Below, piece after piece: positions 19,401 to 26,417 of a stretch of 32,000 bases of DNA. The translations under genes were made by a program, and so were the position numbers. The number at the start of each line of letters is the position of its first letter. Position 1 is the stretch's first letter. The notes under the pieces were generated by a model that saw only the letters and a list, made by a program, of their open reading frames with translations, was not told where the DNA came from and did no database searches. The stretch comes from Candidatus Hermodarchaeota archaeon (lineage in GTDB: Archaea; Asgardarchaeota; Heimdallarchaeia; Hodarchaeales; Hodarchaeaceae), in contig JBHLKY010000023.1 of NCBI GenBank assembly GCA_048886185.1, forward strand, positions 30,001-62,000, read 5' to 3'.

Positions 19401-22400
19401 TTGGAGTTAAAACCAAAGGCGTTTCACGATCGAATAACAGAATTACTAAAACTCCTGAATGTCCCTATTTGTTATCTTCCTGTTCCAAGTAAGTTCTATC
19501 ATACACTTCATCATATGGGAGTATCGAGAGTCATTGATTTTTTGATATGGCCTGACGATGATTTACATAAAAAAACAGGAATGTCTTACAAACTCATAGA
19601 AAGAACGAAAAGCAAGATTTCTGTTAAGGAAATTGAATCTCAAATTAAGAATAAAGCTCTTCCAGTAACTGTGTTATCAAAGAATTTGGAAGGAAAATCT
19701 TGGCAAAAGTTATATGAAACAGAACTTAGTATCCAACAGCTTTATTACGATTTACCTTATTCTACTGAGACAATAAATCACTTGGGGCTTTCAAACCGTG
19801 ATATATCACAGCTAAATACCTTATTTTTAACACCAATCTCAATGATCCCTCAAATTAAGCCTAATTGGGTAACTAGGCTACACACCAAAGGTATTAATTC
19901 CTTTATTGATTTGGTAACATGGTCAAGAGCTGATATTTCGGAAATAATTGGACGTGATGAGAGTTTTATTAATAATATGTTATCAAATTTCGATTCTTTC
20001 CTTTCTGGAATGCCATTAATTGACTTAGGAGTTTTAAACCCGAATGAGATGAATTCGTTAAAATCAAAAGGGTATACTACCATAGAAAGTGTATATTTTT
20101 GTGTTCGTAAAGAAACATTCGGAATTATGGGAGTAAAATGGAAAAAAATCGAGAGGTTTCAACGAATTCTTGAAACACCAGTGGCTATGTTACAATTACG
20201 TAGTAGTTCTGATAAATCCGCCATTCGTATTTCTCATGATAGTTTAGAACGTCTCGCCAGTAATGGAATAGATCAGATAATTAAACTCATCTATTGGACT
20301 TCGGATGAATTAAAGTCTATCCTTCGAATACCTTTATCGCGTATTGAAGAAATAAAACAATCAGTGGCAATCAAGGAACATGGAATGCCTCTAGAAATGG
20401 TTTGTGGATACAACCGGAAAACCATTTCAACATTATTGGGATATGGTATTGAAACGGTTGAAGATCTATATTTTACGGCTTCTGAAGACATGTTAGATGA
20501 GGATGATGAGCTTGATTGGAGTTATGTGAAAAAAGCAATTGAAGCACTTGATCTTCCTGTGACCTATCTCTCTGGGGTAATTACCGCAAAATATATTGAA
20601 AAATTAATAAAAAAACGGATTGACACCATTATTCGTTTCTTGATAACCTCTAGTGAAGAACTTTCTGAGATCTTAGAGACCCCTCCTGAGAATGTAGAAA
20701 ATTTAAGAAAGAAAATAAATCTTATTCAACTTCGAGAGTCGACAGAGACTTCTGTATCGATTCTTGAAGGCCTATCAAGGAAACAACTTCAAATTCTAGC
20801 TGAGGAACAAATTTTAACCATATTTGACTTTTTAACTAATCCTGATGACCAAATTAGCAATTTATTAGAGATAAATCTCGATCAAGTGGTTACAATGAAG
20901 AAAGATCTAAATTTCACAAATATTAAGTCGATTAAAGAGGAGAAAATGATTCCCCTGGCTAAAATTTCCCTTTTCGATAAAAAGACTGTAAGAACACTTG
21001 CTCGTTTAGGCATAGAGAGCCTGGCAGATTTATACTATGTTGCCACTCCAAAAACCTTTGCTGAAAGTGAAATCGATTGGCAAGAAATACTTGACGCAAA
21101 AACTGTGTTAGACATGCCAGTTGGTATTAGTCCAGTTCCCACAAATGAAGAGCTGGAAAAACTTCGAGATTCTAAGATAAGAACGGTTTTGGATTTGATG
21201 ATGGAGTCTCAGGATGAGCTAGCGGCACGTACAGAGATTTCATCAGCTAGGATAAAAGCTTTTCAGGATTCAATCAATATCAATGCAACTTTAACACTCT
21301 TAAAGAGGTTAACAATTGATCGGCTTAATTTTCCCACAGATTATCTTGCTAGATTACATCGTGAGGAATTATCTACAATTTATGAGCTCTTGACAAATCC
21401 CAATGAAGACATTTTTCTCGTAAAAGAGGGTGACAAAAAAATACGTATTGATAGAGAAAGGTGGGCTCGATTATTTTCAATCTTAGCTATTCCCCTTGCT
21501 TTAGTATTGGGACCTGATCGTGAAGATGTTAAGAAGCTTAAACAGAAGCGAGTTGAGACGTTACTAGATGCATATTCAGCATCACTGGAGAGGATTGAGA
21601 CAATTTTAGAAGCTGATCCCTCTGAACTTTATGTTGAATTGAATACACTCAGTTTTTCTGAAATTAATCAATTCATGAAGATTCCAATCTGTTTTATTCC
21701 TAATATCACCACTGAATGGATTAATACTCTCTTAAAACATTCCCTTACCCGTGTTGGGGATCTATTAAATATTAATACTAGTGACCTTGCTGAAAAGATA
21801 GGTACGACATCGCCTAAGACTCGGTCATTAGTGTCAGGAATTACCATGCCTGGAGTTATTAAGTGTTTAGAAGAAGATATGATTCCCCTCAATAGTTTTT
21901 ACAATATAATTCCCAAAAAAGTAATTTCTGACTTGGAGAATAGGAAAATTACTTCAATTCAAGAGTTAATCTTACATGATAAGACTGAATTCAACAATGA
22001 AGAATTGAAGAAGATTTATGAGGTTCTTGACAGTCCAATTAACAGGTTAACTGAAGATTTTCCATTGAGTGATTTACGTAAGTTGTCTCAAAGTGGAGTT
22101 TCAACAATTTCGGATTGGATGTTCACTCCAAATAGCACGCTATCTAAGCTGTTGGGGATAGATATTTCTGAAATAATTTCTTTGAAGAAAAAATACGATT
22201 TTCAAGCTGCTGGTGAAATTACTGAGGCTGACACTCCTCTTCAGGCTGTTATAGAATCAGGTTACATAGATTTCGAGGAAGTTGAAAATCAAGGTATAAA
22301 GGTTTTAGAAGATTTGTTATTCGTTGATTTGGGAACCATATCAGTATCAGATCAACTGAAATCTCGACTGAATGATTTGAAAGAAGCTCTTAATTCATCA

Positions 22401-23360
22401 TTAGCTTATTATCCTTTACTTCCTCCTCAGTACGTAATTCCATTAGCCCTTAATGGCGTTACATCTATTGCACAATTGATAAAAATGGATTTCAAGCAAT
22501 TAGAGGATCCAATGAACGTTATAGGGGAAGAAGAATACAATGTTGCTAGGAATTCAATAAATTTAGTGGATATCATCACTCATAAAAAAACTGATACAGA
22601 GTTTAGAGTCAAACTATCGACTCTGAAAGCATTTTCCTCGAAACAATTGGAAAAGATTAAGGACCTCGGTATCGATAATGTAATTGACCTTTATTTCCGA
22701 TTAGATACGGAAAGACTCACCAAATCACTTGTAAAACCTGTAGAAACTGTTAAACAAGTCTTAGAAAAACCTGTTGCCATTTTACCAGATCTTCGTGACA
22801 ATTTTCCCCAGAAAATCCTTCTATTGTATAATGCTGGTATAACTTCCATAATAGAATTCATGTTTTGGCCAAAAGATGACCTAGCAGAGTTACTTGAAAT
22901 AAAACGATATGATGTATCTAAATACCGAAAAATTGACATTGGTGGTTTAAAACGGAAAAAGAATTTAGGAACACCTATTGAGAATTTTGTTAGGATCCCT
23001 GAAGATTCAATTAATGCTTTTCAAGAAATGGGAATTGACAATATAGAGGATCTGTACTTTCATCTTAAGAGATATAACTTCATTCCTGAAGAAATAGTTC
23101 CGTCAAAGCTAATTAAGTCGTGTATTAAAGACCTAGAGAATCCAATTGTACGTATGGCAAATTTACCAATACCAGTAGCAGAGGAGTTAGTCAAAAGAGG
23201 AATTACACGGATTATTGATTTCCTCTATTGGCCTGATGACGAATTGAAGCAAATTTATGGATTATCAGCTGCTAAAATCAAACAAATAAAAGGAAACATC
23301 AGACTTAGGAGAAAATCTGATGTTGTTGGGCGATTGGATTCCTATATGACAAAAGAATAG
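16416..23360 (+). CDS. top6B: DNA topoisomerase VI subunit B with a C-terminal HhH-like repeat array of about 1750 aa
   Basis: GHKL motifs RELVENGLDA, DNGSG and GRFGLGAKM; H2TH HFQGIGPKTA; transducer RFANRIPLL and SKEYIAD. The core ends near 18090 and the same frame continues without a stop to 23360. AGGTGG Shine-Dalgarno-like motif upstream. Confidence 0.95.
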   Translation: MTKAAKTTKKENITEEKVVRRSAADFFQDNKAIAGFDNTMRVVFTSVRELVENGLDAAERIGNLPELHITIQRLEKEDIARLLSISKFDSAEKIDFIRLTVRDNGSGVQSEFVPPLFGRVLTGSNYGARQSRGRFGLGAKMVLLNAMSSVDLPLVIKSKYINEDFTSYYELMINLAENEPIILTQREIPQETAEAIPNSGTEVNVTFTGSWNLASRWIREYFSQLSLITPYSSFYVQYPDIDEPIEMKRVVEEMPAYPQIAKVHPWGTDITQFKRELAVTRSKTMETFLQDHFQGIGPKTAQEFLDFVKIDQNKSPNDLSASDIRRIIHEGFVMPDSDPKKRREQKYFPFRRPSGDSLSPLGSELLAKGIEKELNPQFVRSAAGEISAYSGHPFIVEVALAYGGPILSSESGNPKIYRFANRIPLLFGAGNDIITKCVQKMNWKAYKININKSPIAIVVSVVSSKIPFPETSKEYIADVDELRKEIMRVLKKLARGLSQHLGRAERERREKQRQSRFESAAPKVLQNLSKILEVTQTPFLLQSSEEISKLEKALASAVPRLVRRTFPPSPLISSIGEWLPMETYVTLVEHNIQTIYQFLRAPVAELSDITGLAENRIAEIKRATVTSQERSNYAPSMREFELFSKSIEDDYSKYRDSLRIHKALNKRWIVSSLDFFATPIPQLRLVESFPEKLLYEAKQRAIDKHLANNPVSDFSLQLLPWITEDLEKNLKSAKIHNILDYIIAFPEKLAQIPNLSIRLLESVKKEIKDGITQGYIDPEKVIGAATFDWMDYRVTPRLRGRNISKIREFMETPNEKLADISELSENLILRSKKIHNEVLVQLNEEKPFLKVTALQESMISDLERLEINGFIDFLLAEEKDLQIIRDLISHLISLKQDEVQEQIEQEHEIFPTKAAWWLDSELEVQLKDLGIQTVYDFVRCPSSRLLQLKKLDPKILETIKKTYGTPIPLLTSEECEKLETYKILCLEELRAATSELELKPKAFHDRITELLKLLNVPICYLPVPSKFYHTLHHMGVSRVIDFLIWPDDDLHKKTGMSYKLIERTKSKISVKEIESQIKNKALPVTVLSKNLEGKSWQKLYETELSIQQLYYDLPYSTETINHLGLSNRDISQLNTLFLTPISMIPQIKPNWVTRLHTKGINSFIDLVTWSRADISEIIGRDESFINNMLSNFDSFLSGMPLIDLGVLNPNEMNSLKSKGYTTIESVYFCVRKETFGIMGVKWKKIERFQRILETPVAMLQLRSSSDKSAIRISHDSLERLASNGIDQIIKLIYWTSDELKSILRIPLSRIEEIKQSVAIKEHGMPLEMVCGYNRKTISTLLGYGIETVEDLYFTASEDMLDEDDELDWSYVKKAIEALDLPVTYLSGVITAKYIEKLIKKRIDTIIRFLITSSEELSEILETPPENVENLRKKINLIQLRESTETSVSILEGLSRKQLQILAEEQILTIFDFLTNPDDQISNLLEINLDQVVTMKKDLNFTNIKSIKEEKMIPLAKISLFDKKTVRTLARLGIESLADLYYVATPKTFAESEIDWQEILDAKTVLDMPVGISPVPTNEELEKLRDSKIRTVLDLMMESQDELAARTEISSARIKAFQDSININATLTLLKRLTIDRLNFPTDYLARLHREELSTIYELLTNPNEDIFLVKEGDKKIRIDRERWARLFSILAIPLALVLGPDREDVKKLKQKRVETLLDAYSASLERIETILEADPSELYVELNTLSFSEINQFMKIPICFIPNITTEWINTLLKHSLTRVGDLLNINTSDLAEKIGTTSPKTRSLVSGITMPGVIKCLEEDMIPLNSFYNIIPKKVISDLENRKITSIQELILHDKTEFNNEELKKIYEVLDSPINRLTEDFPLSDLRKLSQSGVSTISDWMFTPNSTLSKLLGIDISEIISLKKKYDFQAAGEITEADTPLQAVIESGYIDFEEVENQGIKVLEDLLFVDLGTISVSDQLKSRLNDLKEALNSSLAYYPLLPPQYVIPLALNGVTSIAQLIKMDFKQLEDPMNVIGEEEYNVARNSINLVDIITHKKTDTEFRVKLSTLKAFSSKQLEKIKDLGIDNVIDLYFRLDTERLTKSLVKPVETVKQVLEKPVAILPDLRDNFPQKILLLYNAGITSIIEFMFWPKDDLAELLEIKRYDVSKYRKIDIGGLKRKKNLGTPIENFVRIPEDSINAFQEMGIDNIEDLYFHLKRYNFIPEEIVPSKLIKSCIKDLENPIVRMANLPIPVAEELVKRGITRIIDFLYWPDDELKQIYGLSAAKIKQIKGNIRLRRKSDVVGRLDSYMTKE
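18180..23300 (+). repeat. Tandem protein-level repeat array of HhH/RadA-N-like modules in Top6B
   Basis: About 28 modules by eye, with consensus L...G(I/V).(T/S)(I/V).(D/E)(F/L) and often W/TP..EL....G.....I..IK. Examples: HMGVSRVIDFLIWPDDDLHKKTGMS, NAGITSIIEFMFWPKDDLAELLEI, KRGITRIIDFLYWPDDELKQIYGLS. Spacing is about 55-70 aa. Confidence 0.85.
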
Positions 23361-23376
23361 GAAGGATGAATTATTA

Positions 23377-24786
23377 GTGTCTGAAAAAAATTGGATTAAT
23401 GTAATAATTGAGGATTATTCCTTCACCCATAATGTTGTTAAAACTGACATAGAGAAAGATGGTTCATTAAGTACTCTCAAAACCTTAGTACAAAAAGAAC
23501 TTAATTTGAAAAAACAGCCTTTTTTAATTTTTTTTGGACCCAAGAAAGCGAAACGTTATGAAGAGCTTACGAACAAGAACCTTAATTCGCTGTGGGAGCT
23601 GACGAAATCAGATGAGGTGGTATTACAGATCCGACGAAAAGTCGATTTGTCAAAAGTTCGAAGAATACGAGAGGTATTAACATCAGGAGAAGTTGATTTA
23701 CCTGTATCAGTCCTAAAAGTTGACAATGTGGCTCCAGAGGAAACTCGTAAACGCTTACAAGGAGTAGCGAGAGATTTTCTTGAAGAAATCGCTGAGGATC
23801 CCAAAGGAGCGGCATTTCGTATTCCAGCTCGGAGTTCTGAAAACGTGGGATATGATAATAATTCAAAAATGGTATTGCTGGGAAGTCATGTTGTTGACAG
23901 ACAGTTTCGCCATCTTAGTAGCGTCAAAAGTGTGGTGCAATTAACTGGATTAATGCGATATGTATGTGAAATTTTAGAAACTGAAAAACACGCTACAAAA
24001 CGACATCTTTTCTATCGTGATGTCAATTTATTCGAAAACCAACGGGTTTCTGATGGATTAATAGAAGATTTGGGTGCATTATTACGTGTGTCTCGAAATT
24101 CTATGAATGTAATTGCTTCTGCTAAAGGAAAAGTGATTGGGAGGATGTCTTTCACTGAAGGGGGGGATCTTATTGATTGTACACAAGGATTAGGGGGTCA
24201 TGCTATAACTCCTATGCTGGATCAGGTAGATAATATTGAGAGCGATGCTGAATTTGTATTAGTAATTGAGAAAGATGCTGTATTCCAAGATTTAGCTGAA
24301 GATAAATTCTTCAATTATCTTCCTTGTGTTTTAATAACTGCTTCTGGGCAGCCTGACATGGCTACACGCATGTTCATAAAGAAAATTCATGATGAACTAA
24401 GGCTGCCAATTTTAGGATTCCTAGATGCTGACCCATATGGATTAGATATTCTCAGAGTATATTCAATTGGGAGTAAGGCGCTGAGTTTTGAAAGTGTTGA
24501 ATTAGCTGTTCCTGACATTCGTTGGTTAGGATTATTACCTTCTGATATTCAGGAATATTCTATTCCGAAATCTGTTCTTATTAAGATGACGGAGAATGAC
24601 ATGAAACGAGCAGATGACCTACTCCAAGAAGACTTCGTAAAATCTCGTCCAGAATGGGAGAAACAAATAAGGATTATGATTGAAACGGGGAGAAAAGCCG
24701 AAATTCAAGCACTTGCAGGGAAAAATTGGCGATTTATGACTGGTACTTATCTTCCGTCAAAGATTGATTCTGCAGATTGGGTTTAA
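23377..24786 (+). CDS. top6A: DNA topoisomerase VI subunit A (Spo11 family) with an N-terminal extension
   Basis: Catalytic motif TKRHLFYRD (Tyr codon 24013-24015), TOPRIM VIEKDA, GQPDMATR, DADPYG and KAEIQAL. About 90-110 extra N-terminal residues. GTG start. Confidence 0.95.
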   Translation: MSEKNWINVIIEDYSFTHNVVKTDIEKDGSLSTLKTLVQKELNLKKQPFLIFFGPKKAKRYEELTNKNLNSLWELTKSDEVVLQIRRKVDLSKVRRIREVLTSGEVDLPVSVLKVDNVAPEETRKRLQGVARDFLEEIAEDPKGAAFRIPARSSENVGYDNNSKMVLLGSHVVDRQFRHLSSVKSVVQLTGLMRYVCEILETEKHATKRHLFYRDVNLFENQRVSDGLIEDLGALLRVSRNSMNVIASAKGKVIGRMSFTEGGDLIDCTQGLGGHAITPMLDQVDNIESDAEFVLVIEKDAVFQDLAEDKFFNYLPCVLITASGQPDMATRMFIKKIHDELRLPILGFLDADPYGLDILRVYSIGSKALSFESVELAVPDIRWLGLLPSDIQEYSIPKSVLIKMTENDMKRADDLLQEDFVKSRPEWEKQIRIMIETGRKAEIQALAGKNWRFMTGTYLPSKIDSADWV

Positions 24787-24831
24787 TATTCTATCAATTC
24801 TTTTTTCTAATATCTACTGAGATCTTGAAAT

Positions 24832-24846
24832 GAAAGATTTTATAAT
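24832..24846 (+). promoter_or_regulatory. Putative BRE/TATA promoter
   Basis: GAAAGA followed by TTTTATAA (24838-24845), about 30 nt upstream of ATG 24876, which fits archaeal short-leader spacing. Confidence 0.5.
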
Positions 24847-24875
24847 TTTACTACTGTAGAATCAAATTCAAGACA

Positions 24876-25544
24876 ATGTCTCAAATCTCATTTTTCATAT
24901 TTCCAGAATATAGAAATCAAATTTCAACTGGGGCATTGCAAAAAAGTCTTGATTTGGTTGAAAGCATAATTGGGTTTTCAAAAGGAAATAGTTTGAGTAA
25001 TAAGACCATAGAGCGGATTACCGAGAAGCTAGGTTCTCGGATGGAAGGAACAACACTGTACCCTGGAGGTAGTAGCGTTTTATTCGGTTGGAGTTTTCCC
25101 TTTAAAAAAATTGGTTCAATTGTAATAAAACCGTATTATAATCGAGAGATGACAGCATTGATGATTCATTACTTAACTTGGCAAGATTTTATCAAAGAGT
25201 TTCAGGATCTGCAAATCAAGCTGAAAGGAAAAGATATTCGAGTAATAATCCCAGCAATCGTTGGTCTAGCTAAAATTGAGACTTTTTCAAGGTTTTATCC
25301 CATCTTAATGACTATTGAGGCTCCTGGAAAGCCTGCACAGATGTATCCCTCGGTAATTAAGAATATTGGTACACTAGCGCGCGATTTAGGACAAAGAGGT
25401 ATCATTTGTGATCCTTATCCTTCTAATTGGAAGATTTCCTTCGTTAATGGTCAAGGTATTATTCAGTACATTGACCTTTTAAGCTCCAACCAGCTAAAAA
25501 ATGTTCATAGTCGAATTGCAGGGCTATTAAAGGATCTTGGATAG
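24876..25544 (+). CDS. Minimal atypical protein-kinase-fold protein (RIO/Bud32/Kdo-like)
   Basis: Gly-loop-like YPGGSSVLF, IVIK (beta3 Lys), IPAIVG, hinge-like LMTIEAPG, catalytic loop GIICDPYPSN (DxxxxN) and YIDL in place of DFG. Confidence 0.55.
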   Translation: MSQISFFIFPEYRNQISTGALQKSLDLVESIIGFSKGNSLSNKTIERITEKLGSRMEGTTLYPGGSSVLFGWSFPFKKIGSIVIKPYYNREMTALMIHYLTWQDFIKEFQDLQIKLKGKDIRVIIPAIVGLAKIETFSRFYPILMTIEAPGKPAQMYPSVIKNIGTLARDLGQRGIICDPYPSNWKISFVNGQGIIQYIDLLSSNQLKNVHSRIAGLLKDLG

Positions 25545-25560
25545 ACCACTCAACAGAATT

Positions 25561-26112
25561 CTACTTTTGGGAATCACGATAATAAACTGCTCGACGAATA
25601 GCTGAAGCAAACGCTGTACCGACACCTTGATTTTTGATCGCCGAGGTCGAAAAATAAGTTGCATTCATTTTATCCGCAAACTTCAATCCTATGTCGTCAC
25701 TGACTTCACGTTCTTTCTCTAAATCAGTTTTATTTCCAACTAAGACAGCTGGACTGTCAGGGAGAATTTTTTTCGCTTCTTTCACCCAACTTGGGAGTGA
25801 AAGGACTGTGTTTTTCCTGGTTACGTCAAATATGTACATAATAGCATGGGCACCCTCGTAGAATAGAGGGCGAACTTTATCAAAAGCAGGTTGACCAGAT
25901 AAATCCCAGAAAATTGCAGTCGTTGTTTGATCACTTGATGAGCTTTTGAGTTTTATAAAGGAAATATCAGCCCCCGCAGTTGGTTTGTGTTCAAATTCCC
26001 TCCCAGTAAATACAGAAACTAACTGGGTTTTCCCTACTAACGCATCACCAGCAACTACAATTTTATATTGCGAAAAATGAGGCATCTCAAAAAGAATATC
26101 ATCAGCAGACAT
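25561..26112 (-). CDS. Rab-like small GTPase
   Basis: G1 GDALVGKT, G2 PTAG, G3 WDLSGQ, RPLFYEGA, G4 NKTD, G5 SAI. No C-terminal prenylation Cys. GGAGA Shine-Dalgarno-like motif upstream. Confidence 0.93.
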   Translation of the reverse strand: MSADDILFEMPHFSQYKIVVAGDALVGKTQLVSVFTGREFEHKPTAGADISFIKLKSSSSDQTTTAIFWDLSGQPAFDKVRPLFYEGAHAIMYIFDVTRKNTVLSLPSWVKEAKKILPDSPAVLVGNKTDLEKEREVSDDIGLKFADKMNATYFSTSAIKNQGVGTAFASAIRRAVYYRDSQK

Positions 26113-26417
26113 ACTAAAGGCATCTCCATGATGTGATAAAAACTCTATCAGATATATTATGAATTTATGGTGATTTCTTAAGAAACTTTCTTTTTGGAAA
26201 AAACTTATACTTCTCCTCTAGTGTTTTTTTCCAAGAGAATGGAAGTAATATTCGAGAAATTCTTGTAGTATTAAAATTTAGTTTTCATTCCTGTCTTCAT
26301 TGGTTACTAATTTTTTTTCTTTAGCCAATGTTTCTTTTAGATGGATTGAACAATAATATTTTCCCTTATAACTAGCATAAAAGGCTTTATCACACTTACT
26401 GCAACTCCTAAATGGCT

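Noticed and set aside
18090-23360. Top6B extension as an intein, homing endonuclease or mobile insertion
   Set aside because: It is C-terminal rather than inserted in a conserved motif. I saw no Hint-type Cys/Ser start, His-Asn end or LAGLIDADG/HNH motif, and no flanking direct or inverted repeats.
1304-23866. Short overlapping ORFs in the track (e.g. 1304, 1494, 2071, 2700, 4623, 6053, 8192, 8767, 9151, 9753, 10037, 12853, 13183, 14019, 15613, 15892, 16496, 19850, 20291, 21668, 22691, 23556, 23582)
   Set aside because: Most are antisense or off-frame shadows of better supported genes; 1494 and 9753 lie mostly in AT-rich intergenic DNA. None has recognisable motifs.
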